From Candidatus Aldehydirespiratoraceae bacterium (GTDB lineage Bacteria > Actinomycetota > Acidimicrobiia > Acidimicrobiales > Aldehydirespiratoraceae): 64,000 nucleotides of DNA. This document shows positions 28,185 through 37,299 of this stretch, piece after piece; position 1 is the stretch's first letter; every line of letters begins with the position of its first letter. Location: positions 835,938 through 899,937 of the forward strand of contig OZ240617.1 of the NCBI GenBank assembly GCA_965198365.1, given 5' to 3'. Below the pieces are notes generated by a model. The model saw only the letters and a list, made by a program, of their open reading frames with translations, was not told where the DNA came from and made no database searches. Position numbers and translations under genes: made by a program.

Positions 28185-31100
28185 CTACAGATCTGGGTGC
28201 TGGGCGTTGAGACCTGATAGTTCGGCTAGTTCGTGAGTTCGTTGCCGTACTTCGACAACAGCGCTGCGCAAGTCGGGAAGATCCCGTTCGATCGCACCGT
28301 CTTCGCGGAGGAACACGAACACCATTCGTTCGACAGTCAGCTTGGTGGCGGCTTCTATGGCGGCGACGTAGCTGGCCCCTTGAAGTCGGTAACGCTCAAG
28401 TTTGGCAGCGATGTCGTCATCATCGTCGACATGATCTGTCTTCCAGTCAACGACAACCAACCCGGAGCCGTGTCGATAGAGGAGGTCGATAAATCCCTCC
28501 ACCAGACAGTCGCCAACGGTTGCGGCAACCCAGACCTCACGCCAGTGCTCGGTGGCCGAGGCTTGTCGGGCTACTTGGGTGTCGATGGCACTTCGGGCCA
28601 CTTGTTCGACGGTTGACCGCCGGTTGTTGACTCCTTCGGCTGCAGCTTGGGCGGCTGCGGCTTCGTGCAGTCCCTCGCCGGTGGCCAAGTCGATTACTTG
28701 CAGAACCCCGTGCACCGCGCGGCCGAAATCAGTGCCGAAGCGTCCTTTGAGCCATGGTGGCAGATCAAGGTTGCGGGCATTCTTGTTGAGTCCCGGATCA
28801 CCCACCTCTGCAACTTCCCTTGCCAAGGTGGTGGCAGAAACTACGGTGCGGCGCCGCGCGGCCGCGGTGGCTTCGGATCGTCTGGCGATCCATTGATCCT
28901 TGTCGACCAACTGTGCTCGGCTTGCCAGTCTGAGCGGGTTCAATCCGGTATGGGAGGGAACGAACGGTGTGGCCGATGCGGACTCCAACGCGTTCTCCGC
29001 GAGCACGGTTGCGCTTGTCGTCGATTTTCGGCCGAATTCGGGTCGATGCAGGCAGACGATGAGATGGTCCCGAGCACGGGTTGCCGCCACGTAGAGCAGG
29101 CGCAGCCTCTCATGCCGGTCCATCGTGTCGTTGAAGGGTTTCCATTCGGCATAGCGTTCTGATGCAACCCTGCTCGAGACCTTCAACAGAGCGGGTTCTC
29201 CAGGCGGGAAGTGCACGGCGGGCCCACGTTGTGGACTGGTGAACATGGTTGTCATCCCGGCCATCACGGTGATGGGAAACTCCAGGCCCTTGGAACCGTG
29301 GACCGTCATGATTCTAACGCTGTCATCGTCTGTCTCGGGAAGAACCGTCTCGGAGACGCGAGCGTTGTCGACGCCCTGCCTGCGTGCCCATTCCAGATAG
29401 GAGCGGAGGTCGGTGCCTCCCGCATCAGTCCATGCCCTGGCTTGGTCGACCACGAATCGCAAGCGCCGCCAGACGTCTCGCGGAGCTCCGGTGGCGACGG
29501 CACTCTCCAATACCGCCCGCTCCCGGATCACGCGCTCGAGCAGCCCCGCAGGCGTGAGCCAGTGACGGTCCTCGTGGAGTTGCGCGAGGTGCAACAGCGC
29601 GTCGGCGACTGGGTGGTCCTGGTGGTCATCGGTTATTCGATGGTGCAGAGAGAAGCGGCCGTTGTGTTCGAGACGCCAGGTGGCCAGGTCGTCGTCACCA
29701 CAGCTGTACACGAATGAACGCACGGCGGCGACTGTGGCCAATTCGTCGGTGGGATCAGAGACGGCGCGCAGCGTCAGCATGAGTTCGCGGACTTCTCGGG
29801 TTGCATAGACCAGGCTTGAAGTCTCAGCCCGGTAGGGAATGCCGTTGGCGTCCAGGGAGCGTTCCAGGCCGGCCAGGCTGATCCTCGTGGGCAACAGAAT
29901 GCAGATGTCGCTGGGAGCAGCCGGTCGCCATTCCCCATCAGCGTCTTGGACGTTCCAAGGCGTGGTACCTGCCAGAATCTCCGCGACCGTCGCGGCGACA
30001 TCGTCGGACTCGGCACGGCGCAATTCAGCCGCGGTCATAGCCGCTGGGATGGGTTCTGCCCCCAGAATCGCCACTGCAGGGCCCGTGCTGTCGCAGCCGA
30101 GGCGATGCGAGGACAGCGGCACATACTCGGGTTGGCTGCCGTCGGCCGCGATGATCAACTGCGAGAAGACGTCGTTGATCCAGTTGATGATCGGTTCGGT
30201 GGTACGGAAATTGACCGTCAGAGAAGCATGGTCACTGAAGTGTTCGCGGGCCGTGAGGTACAAACGGATATCGGCTCGTCGAAAGCGGTAGATCGACTGT
30301 TTGGGGTCACCGACGAAGAACAGCCGCCCGGGTTCCACCTCCAGGTCGGTCCACTCGACATCGTCCACCCGGTCGGCGGAGGTTGCGATCAGAACGGCGA
30401 TCTCGATCTGGATCGGATCGGTGTCCTGGAACTCGTCAAGCAGAAGGTGGGTGTATTTCTGGTGGAGCGAAGCCCGAACTTCGGCACCCAGCTCTTTGTG
30501 GCGCAGCAGTTTACGGGCCCGGACCAGCAGGTCGTGAAACTGCAGACGCCCGCTCTGACGTCGTTCCTCCACTGTTTCGAGAACAAAGCGGCCGATCCGT
30601 GCGCCCACGTACGCGAGCGCGGCGGTCGTCACCTCGCTGACGGCTTCGTCACAACGGTCGGCCAATCCTCTGATCTCCGAGCGGACTGTGTCAACAGCGA
30701 TTCTCCAGTTCGCTGCTTTACCGGTGTTTCCCGGCTTGACCGCCCTGCCAGCGCTCGGTTTGGCAGCACCCATGTCAGCCGCCAGGGCCAACGCCTCGAC
30801 ATGGTCAATATTGCTGAAGGCGTTCGCCAAGGAATCTCGGTTCTCCGCAACCCGCCTGAGATGCCCGAACAGTTTGTCCTCCGGGTCTAAGCAGAAGCGT
30901 TGATTCTCGAGCACCTCATCGAACTGCCGGATCAAGCGGGACGCGTCGATCGGCTCGGGTTGGGGAGGGTTGAGAGCAAGGCGCTCCTCCACCAGGTCCC
31001 AGTTGTCGGACAGTTGCAGGGCGAGAGACCGGAGGTGCTCGAGTTTCACGCCGGCGACTTCCAACGAGAGCAGAGACGGGCCCACTGATTGGTCGTCGAG

Positions 31101-31574
31101 AAAGTCGTCGAGGAACTGCTGCCATTGGTGCTCGAACTCAACTTGTGAGCCGATCTCATCGAGGACTTCGATGCCGGGAGGAAGTCCCGCCTCGACTGGA
31201 TGCTCCGCGAGGATGCGCTGGGCGAACGAATGGAGCGTGCCGACGGCGGCACCGTCAAGTTGTTGGATCGCCGCTAGCGCAAATGAGTTGTCGGACCTTT
31301 CGAATCGTTGCCGAATGCGGTCGCGTAACTCTGTCGCGGCTTTGTCGGTGAATGTGATCATGGCAATCGTTTCCATTGCCACCCCGTCTTGAAGAACCAA
31401 TGCCTCGACCCGGTCAACTAGGGCTCGAGTCTTGCCGGTGCCTGCACCGGCCTCAACGAACAGGTTCACCGATCGTTCAGTGCGTATTCGGTGCCGTTGT
31501 GTTTCGTCGGCTGGGGGACGTTCCTCGCTGTCCGGATTAGAGATCACTGCGGAGGCCCCAGGTGCGTCACTCAT
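28185..31574 (-). CDS. UvrD-type helicase / RecB-type nuclease subunit (AdnB/AddA-like)
   Basis: Walker A AGAGTGKT, DEFQDT, and the C-terminal PD-(D/E)XK motif GFIDLLY...VVVDWKTD...QGASY. ATG 31574 overlaps the upstream stop by 8 nt. Confidence 0.85.
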   Translation of the reverse strand: MSDAPGASAVISNPDSEERPPADETQRHRIRTERSVNLFVEAGAGTGKTRALVDRVEALVLQDGVAMETIAMITFTDKAATELRDRIRQRFERSDNSFALAAIQQLDGAAVGTLHSFAQRILAEHPVEAGLPPGIEVLDEIGSQVEFEHQWQQFLDDFLDDQSVGPSLLSLEVAGVKLEHLRSLALQLSDNWDLVEERLALNPPQPEPIDASRLIRQFDEVLENQRFCLDPEDKLFGHLRRVAENRDSLANAFSNIDHVEALALAADMGAAKPSAGRAVKPGNTGKAANWRIAVDTVRSEIRGLADRCDEAVSEVTTAALAYVGARIGRFVLETVEERRQSGRLQFHDLLVRARKLLRHKELGAEVRASLHQKYTHLLLDEFQDTDPIQIEIAVLIATSADRVDDVEWTDLEVEPGRLFFVGDPKQSIYRFRRADIRLYLTAREHFSDHASLTVNFRTTEPIINWINDVFSQLIIAADGSQPEYVPLSSHRLGCDSTGPAVAILGAEPIPAAMTAAELRRAESDDVAATVAEILAGTTPWNVQDADGEWRPAAPSDICILLPTRISLAGLERSLDANGIPYRAETSSLVYATREVRELMLTLRAVSDPTDELATVAAVRSFVYSCGDDDLATWRLEHNGRFSLHHRITDDHQDHPVADALLHLAQLHEDRHWLTPAGLLERVIRERAVLESAVATGAPRDVWRRLRFVVDQARAWTDAGGTDLRSYLEWARRQGVDNARVSETVLPETDDDSVRIMTVHGSKGLEFPITVMAGMTTMFTSPQRGPAVHFPPGEPALLKVSSRVASERYAEWKPFNDTMDRHERLRLLYVAATRARDHLIVCLHRPEFGRKSTTSATVLAENALESASATPFVPSHTGLNPLRLASRAQLVDKDQWIARRSEATAAARRRTVVSATTLAREVAEVGDPGLNKNARNLDLPPWLKGRFGTDFGRAVHGVLQVIDLATGEGLHEAAAAQAAAEGVNNRRSTVEQVARSAIDTQVARQASATEHWREVWVAATVGDCLVEGFIDLLYRHGSGLVVVDWKTDHVDDDDDIAAKLERYRLQGASYVAAIEAATKLTVERMVFVFLREDGAIERDLPDLRSAVVEVRQRTHELAELSGLNAQHPDL

Positions 31575-34500
31575 TGTCGCCTCCGTTGATCTCGAGATAG
31601 GGCCGTAGTTCGGGGTCGCTGCTCTTTCGCTGCCAGTCCGAGTACTGGTGGGAGAGTCCCAAACCATCGGGTTCGCAGAAGTGACAGTCGACCCAGGGAC
31701 GGAACTGTGGTGGTGCGGGGTGTGGGGGGAACAGCCCGGACTCGATGCACTCGATGATGTTGGCGACGGTGATCAACCCTTCGGCTTCCAACTCCGGCGT
31801 GATCCGATATCCATAAGGTTCGAACTCGCCTTTGCGAGTGACGAACCAGTACGAGCCTGACATCGGGGTATTGGGCCGGTTCAACAACTGCCGAGCGGCT
31901 AAGCCATAGAGCAGGAGTTGCAGGCTGGTGCCGTTCGCTAGAGGGTCTTCATGGAGGTTCTTGTAGTTTCTGGCGGAGCCGGTCTTGTAGTCGATCACCA
32001 CCAGATTCCCGTCAGCGTGTTCATCGACGCGATCAATGGCGCCCCGCAGCTTGATGGTCCGGCCATTGGGTAACGCGATGGCGATCGGATCCTGATCGCT
32101 GGTGGGCAGACCGAACTGCAACTCAGAGGCGATAGGGCTGGTTTCACGGAATTTGCGTTGGTCGGAATCAAACTTGCTGAACCCACGAAGGTCATCCAAG
32201 AAAACCTGCTTGTCGCGTTGCCAGTAGACCGCCCGCCCGACCGACCCGCGGTGCTCTAGGTGCTTGGCTTCTTCGATTCCGATTTCGATGAGGCGCGCAA
32301 CATCGCTATCGCTCCAGGGTCTTTCTGGCGAAGGGAGAGTGTCGTCGGTGCGTGCTTCTTCGATCCAGCGCTCAATCACCGAATGGACGAGCGTGCCCAA
32401 GTCGAGAGGACTGATTCGATACTGTTCCTCGGGGTCCTCGACCGGGTTGATCCCTAGTACATGACGCAAGAAGTAGGCGTGCGGGCACTTCGCCCAAAGC
32501 TCAAGTCGGCTTGCCGAAGTCACTTCCCCCCTGGTCTTCAACGACTGCCGTGCGGCAGCGCTGAGTTCGTGGCCGAGGTTGCCGTCGAAGCGCGTGAAGC
32601 GATTCGAATATCGATTCGCGATCAGTTCCACCCCACGGCTCAGTTCTCGGCGCTGGGTTACCGGCGGTGCTTCGAAGATGTCTCTGCCGTCCTCAGCCCA
32701 GTCGAGAAGCGCGCGCATGTCGTATTCCTGGTTGTGCGCTGGGAATGAGACGGCGCGCAGACCGGCGACGAAGGAAGGCACCTCAACGAGCCAGTCCCCG
32801 GTGCTGCGGGCGAGGTCGTCTGCGGTCGGACGCACCCCGTCGCGGGCTTGACAGGAGTCGAGCAACCAGCGGCTGGGGGCTCGTTGTGCGTTCTTGCGAA
32901 GATCCCCGCGAGGAAACGTCAAGAGGGTGTGTTCTGTGGCGGCCATTACGGCCAGCAACGCTCGATGCGTGTCGTCTGTGCTGTCTGCACGGGTTGGAAG
33001 GCTGGGCCCAGCGACCTCCCGGATGTGATCGGGTATCAGGGGATCATCGCGTCGCCGTGCAGGCATTGTTCCTTCAGCAAGCCCCAGCACAATCACCCGT
33101 TCGAGTTCCAGTCCGACGGCTATGTTCACCGGTCCTACGAGCACACCCTGGCCGAACGTTCCATGAAGGCCTAGATCATCGGCGAGTTGGAGTTCCAAGG
33201 CTCTGCGGAAGGCGGCCACGCTGGGATTGGGGTCGATCCCGTCCAAGTCGCCGATCCGGGAGACAGCCGCGTCGATGCGCTCAGCGGCGGTTTTCTCATG
33301 AGCCGGCCATTTGTCGCGCGACGCCTCACTACCCAGGTAGGCGCGGATCAGCTTTCGACACCAGCGGGCGATGTCAGACCATGATTCGGCACTGTTTCCA
33401 GGCGTGAGATCGGATGTCAATCTGGTGACGAATGCCGCCAACTCCGATGCATCGTTGGCCTCTCTGTTCAAGCGTGCAACGCGCCACTCCTGCTCTTCGT
33501 CGTGCGCGAATCGTTTGGCGTCGTCATTCAGGTCGTCTACCAAGCGGGCCAGTCGAGTGTTCCACTGATCCAGTCCGGACACCACGCCCGCTGCCCGCGA
33601 GGCTCTTTCCCAAGCGGCTACCGGGATTTGCTTGTTGTCGGTTCGGCGCACTGGCGCGCTCGCCAACCAGGCACACACATCGTGCCGCGAAAAATCGTGA
33701 TCGCTCAGTTTGAGCATGCCGAGCAGTGCTCGGCCCAACAGCGATGATTCGGTAGTGCGAACCGATTGCCCGAACCATTCAATACCGGCCGCGTCGAAGG
33801 CATCGCTGACCATGCGGGCGTACGGTTCGTGACTGCCGTAGAGGACTGCACAGCGGTTGAACGGTGTGCCTTCAAGTGACGCTTCCACGATGCTGCGCAC
33901 GGCATGGCGGACCTCGTCGTCGGCGTCCGAAACGCTGAGAGCACGATCTGCGACGGGTGCCTCGACGAAGGGCGGCGGCGACCACTCGACCCCGAACTGT
34001 TCGACTGCGAGCCGTACCGGGTCGTCGGCTTCGGGAGTGCCCGATGCTGCGGCGATGATCTGCATTTCGTGGTGGGTGCCGAGGGCTTTCAACAGACCGA
34101 TGTGGTTGGTGCTCATCCGTTGGGGGAGAAAGAGAATCGCCGGACCCAGATCCGCCACAGTCGATGCCCCGGTTGAGATCGCTTTGATCGCTTCGTCTAC
34201 TAGATCTCGTTCGTTGGAGAAATTGTTGTCGATCCGGTGGTTGACCGCGTGGAAGATGCGGATCACATCAGCGGTCCGAGTTGACCCCTGTGAGAGCAAC
34301 TTGAGTGTGTCCGCCGGAATCTCGGAGAGGGCGCGATGAGCCTTTACTAGCGACCGTTCGGTTGCCGGATGGGTTTGAACTCCCTCGAAACGGCCGGGTT
34401 CACTGCTGAGCACCGCCCGCATGGCACCGGCCAGGATTGGGGTGGAAATCGGCCGCTTTCCCGCCGCGGCCACAGCCGCGGATCCCAACAGTTCAGCAAG

Positions 34501-34701
34501 GCGGTAGGGAGTAAGGAAAGTGACCGCGGCGACCCCTCGGCGCTGCCCGAGTGCACGCCGAGCGGCGATGCCCATGTAGTTGGACGGCACGATGACACTA
34601 ACGGGCCGAAGTGGATCGACCGCCTTGTAGTGCTCAACAGTGTTGGCGAGGGCGCTGTGTGCCGCTTCTCCGTAGCCCGTGATTTCAAGAGTTGTTGGCA
34701 T
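31567..34701 (-). CDS. helicase-nuclease partner subunit (AdnA/AddB-like, degenerate motor, C-terminal PD-(D/E)XK nuclease)
   Basis: No Walker A is visible in the N-terminus. The C-terminus has GAIDRVDEH...VVIDYKTG...LQLLLYG plus Cys residues (WAKCPHAY, DCHFC). ATG 34701 chosen as start. Confidence 0.75.
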   Translation of the reverse strand: MPTTLEITGYGEAAHSALANTVEHYKAVDPLRPVSVIVPSNYMGIAARRALGQRRGVAAVTFLTPYRLAELLGSAAVAAAGKRPISTPILAGAMRAVLSSEPGRFEGVQTHPATERSLVKAHRALSEIPADTLKLLSQGSTRTADVIRIFHAVNHRIDNNFSNERDLVDEAIKAISTGASTVADLGPAILFLPQRMSTNHIGLLKALGTHHEMQIIAAASGTPEADDPVRLAVEQFGVEWSPPPFVEAPVADRALSVSDADDEVRHAVRSIVEASLEGTPFNRCAVLYGSHEPYARMVSDAFDAAGIEWFGQSVRTTESSLLGRALLGMLKLSDHDFSRHDVCAWLASAPVRRTDNKQIPVAAWERASRAAGVVSGLDQWNTRLARLVDDLNDDAKRFAHDEEQEWRVARLNREANDASELAAFVTRLTSDLTPGNSAESWSDIARWCRKLIRAYLGSEASRDKWPAHEKTAAERIDAAVSRIGDLDGIDPNPSVAAFRRALELQLADDLGLHGTFGQGVLVGPVNIAVGLELERVIVLGLAEGTMPARRRDDPLIPDHIREVAGPSLPTRADSTDDTHRALLAVMAATEHTLLTFPRGDLRKNAQRAPSRWLLDSCQARDGVRPTADDLARSTGDWLVEVPSFVAGLRAVSFPAHNQEYDMRALLDWAEDGRDIFEAPPVTQRRELSRGVELIANRYSNRFTRFDGNLGHELSAAARQSLKTRGEVTSASRLELWAKCPHAYFLRHVLGINPVEDPEEQYRISPLDLGTLVHSVIERWIEEARTDDTLPSPERPWSDSDVARLIEIGIEEAKHLEHRGSVGRAVYWQRDKQVFLDDLRGFSKFDSDQRKFRETSPIASELQFGLPTSDQDPIAIALPNGRTIKLRGAIDRVDEHADGNLVVIDYKTGSARNYKNLHEDPLANGTSLQLLLYGLAARQLLNRPNTPMSGSYWFVTRKGEFEPYGYRITPELEAEGLITVANIIECIESGLFPPHPAPPQFRPWVDCHFCEPDGLGLSHQYSDWQRKSSDPELRPYLEINGGDNE

Positions 34702-34741
34702 CAGGAGTCGATGGTACGCACGCTGTGTGACACCGTGGGGA

Positions 34742-35167
34742 ATGATCGTGATTGATGCAATGAATGTGATCGGATCAGTGCCCGACGGCTGGTGGAAAGA
34801 CCGTGATGGAGCGCTGGCCCGGCTCGTCGATGCGTTAGTGGCTTTCGACTTCGACGAATGGGTTGTGGTGGTCGCTGATGGTCGCCCGGTACCCGGTCTG
34901 CGTGCGGGCACGCGAGGCAATGTTGAACTGCGCTACGCAGGCCATTCGGCCCCCGATGCCGCCGACAATGAGATCATCGCGTTGCTTGTCGAATTGAGGT
35001 CTGGGTTTGTCGAATTGAAGTCTGGGCTTGTCGAATTGAGGTCTGGCGATGTCGACCACGACCCGGTGACTGTGGTGTCGTCCGATGCTGGGCTGATCAC
35101 CCGAGCCGAACAGTTCGGCGCCCGATCCCAGGGAGTTCGATCATTCCGCAAGCGCATCGGCTGGTGA
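34742..35167 (+). CDS. NYN/YacP-like PIN-fold domain protein
   Basis: MIVIDAMNVIGSVPDGWW...ADNEII...VVSSDAGL. Confidence 0.6.
   Translation: MIVIDAMNVIGSVPDGWWKDRDGALARLVDALVAFDFDEWVVVVADGRPVPGLRAGTRGNVELRYAGHSAPDAADNEIIALLVELRSGFVELKSGLVELRSGDVDHDPVTVVSSDAGLITRAEQFGARSQGVRSFRKRIGW
34985..35047 (+). repeat. in-frame tandem repeat, 21 bp x3 (LVELRSG/FVELKSG/LVELRSG)
   Basis: cttgtcgaattgaggtctggg / tttgtcgaattgaagtctggg / cttgtcgaattgaggtctggc. Confidence 0.9.
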
Positions 35168-35198
35168 CAACCGGCCGAGTGGTCCGGCCGAAACAACG

Positions 35199-35236
35199 AT
35201 AGGAGTAAGGACTCGGGGAGTAAATACTCCTATAAT
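35199..35236 (+). promoter_or_regulatory. perfect 9-bp inverted repeat ATAGGAGTA-N17-TACTCCTAT overlapping a TATAAT box; candidate operator/promoter of the merR::menF operon
   Basis: Arms at 35199-35207 and 35225-35233, with an inner ACTC/GAGT dyad. TATAAT lies at 35231-35236. Confidence 0.45.
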
Positions 35237-35271
35237 TGATCGCCCCACCGGACGACCCTGGCGAGAGCGTT

Positions 35272-37299
35272 GTGAACTACCGAGTAGAAGATCTGGCTGA
35301 AGCTGCCGATGTCGGTGTCGACACCGTCCGCTACTACCAGCGCCGCAAACTGCTCGCACCCCCAACCCGGCAGGGTCGCATCGCTGTTTACAACGACTCC
35401 CACCTTCGTCGTCTGCGCCAAATACAGGACCTCTCCGACCGCGGGTTCACGCTGGCTCAAATCAAGGAACTGTCAACTGGGGACGCCTCAGGGCTTCTTG
35501 CCGATCTCGCTGATCGCAACGCGCCCGACCCTGACCTCGACCGGGCCGAGCTCGCACGGCGAGCAGAAGTCCCCGAGTTCATCATTGATGTCGTGGTTGG
35601 CGCCGGTTTGATCACTCCAAGCGGTGAGGGCGCTGAGCAGCGCTTCGGCCCCGACGCGGTCGAGATGCTGGTTGCAGCCCGCACGCTGGTTGCCACGGGC
35701 GTGAGTTTCGAAGAGTTGACCGCTTTGGCGATGCGCCATGCAACCCATGTGGAAGATGTCGTCGACGACTCGATTGAACTGTTCAAACAACACTCAGATC
35801 GTCAAGGCGGCGACCGCGAGGAACTCGTAGCCTTGCTCGCCCGCCTAGTACCCGTCGTTTCCGGTCTCGTGGCGCGGCACTTTGAACAAACCCTCGTAAG
35901 CCGTGCCCTCGCCCGTCTAGGGGACGATCCTGCAATGGGTGGGGGCACCATCGTTGTTGGCAGGCGGCTAGCTGAACGGCTGGATCCCGTTGCGGTGTTT
36001 GCGGCATCTTCTGAGCAACACAGAACACTATGGATGCGCCCGGAGTCCGGTCTCTCTGTGGTAGGACTCGGCGCAGTCGAGACCATCGCCCCCGTCGGTG
36101 ACGGACGCTTCTCGGCAACATCAGCGGCACGGGCAGCCCTCGCGGCGCGCACCCAACGGATCGGTCCGAGAAATGCCCCGGCCCCCGTTATTCTCGGAGG
36201 CTTCTCATTCTCGTGTGCAGACCAGTCCCCACCACCCGCTGAAGGGGAAACCACATTCCCCGACTGGACTGGGTTTTCAGATGCACGTTGGGTGCTTCCC
36301 GAAATCACCGTCGTCGACCGGGCGGACGGCACCTGGCTGTTGGCAGCCGCCAAAGTGCGCGACGGTGAAGACGAAGCCAGCGTCACCGGTGCCCTCGATG
36401 AGCGTCTTGACGCCTTCGCTACCGAGGTGCCAGAGCCTTTGACAGGCCCCTTTGAAGTAGCTGCGGGCGAGGTCGACGCCGACGATCAGAGCTATCTGAG
36501 CCTTGTCGACGACGCCCTTCGTGTGATTGCCCACGATGAGTTTCGCAAGGTGGTGCTGGCGCGGGTCCACGAGAAAGGCGATGTCGATGCCATAGATGTG
36601 TTGCATCGGCTCCGGCATCGCTACCGGAACTGTGCAATCTTCTCGGTTGCTGTTGGCGACCGACAGTTCCTAGGTGCGAGCCCCGAGCAACTTGTCGCCT
36701 TGGACGGTCCTGAGGTCCGTACCGAAGCGGTGGCCGGCACGGTTGGGATCGGCTCAACAACGGTGACCGATGACGTTCTGGCCGCTGAGATGATGGCTTC
36801 ACCCAAGACTCGCGCCGAGCACCAGTTCGTGGTTGACGACATCATGGGACGTCTCGAAGTGCTCGGGTTACAGGGCAGTTACCAACCCGACCCGGAGGTC
36901 ATGCGCCTGGCTCGGGTTCAACATCTTCGCACGCCGATAACCGCACAGGTACAGCGCAGAGCTGGTGGTGTAAGCGACATAGATGTGCTGCGTGTTGCCA
37001 GTGTTCTGCATCCCACACCTGCGGTTGCGGGTACGCCGACCGAAACGGCTGTTGAGTGGATCCTTGAGCGAGAAGGGTTTGCTCGAGGCTGGTACGCGGC
37101 ACCGGTCGGGTGGTGTGACCTCGATGGCAACGGAGAATTGTGCGTTGCGCTGCGGTCCGCCTTGGTGAGCGAATCGAAAGCAGTGTTGTTTTCGGGTGCA
37201 GGGGTGGTGGCCGAGTCGGTTCCAGGCGACGAGTTAGCTGAAACCGGTGTCAAGCTTCGCGCCCTGCTTGATGTGATGGAGGCTTCAAGTGGCGACTGA
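35272..37299 (+). CDS. menF: MerR-type HTH domain fused to isochorismate synthase
   Basis: The N-terminal YRVEDLAEAADVGVDTVRYYQRRKLLAPP...LRRLRQIQDLSDRGFTLAQIKEL is a MerR HTH. The C-terminal ~440 aa carry chorismate-binding motifs (SPEQLV, HPTPAVAGTP, GWYAAPVGW). It is a single ORF with no stop, open from TTG 35236. Confidence 0.75.
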   Translation: MNYRVEDLAEAADVGVDTVRYYQRRKLLAPPTRQGRIAVYNDSHLRRLRQIQDLSDRGFTLAQIKELSTGDASGLLADLADRNAPDPDLDRAELARRAEVPEFIIDVVVGAGLITPSGEGAEQRFGPDAVEMLVAARTLVATGVSFEELTALAMRHATHVEDVVDDSIELFKQHSDRQGGDREELVALLARLVPVVSGLVARHFEQTLVSRALARLGDDPAMGGGTIVVGRRLAERLDPVAVFAASSEQHRTLWMRPESGLSVVGLGAVETIAPVGDGRFSATSAARAALAARTQRIGPRNAPAPVILGGFSFSCADQSPPPAEGETTFPDWTGFSDARWVLPEITVVDRADGTWLLAAAKVRDGEDEASVTGALDERLDAFATEVPEPLTGPFEVAAGEVDADDQSYLSLVDDALRVIAHDEFRKVVLARVHEKGDVDAIDVLHRLRHRYRNCAIFSVAVGDRQFLGASPEQLVALDGPEVRTEAVAGTVGIGSTTVTDDVLAAEMMASPKTRAEHQFVVDDIMGRLEVLGLQGSYQPDPEVMRLARVQHLRTPITAQVQRRAGGVSDIDVLRVASVLHPTPAVAGTPTETAVEWILEREGFARGWYAAPVGWCDLDGNGELCVALRSALVSESKAVLFSGAGVVAESVPGDELAETGVKLRALLDVMEASSGD

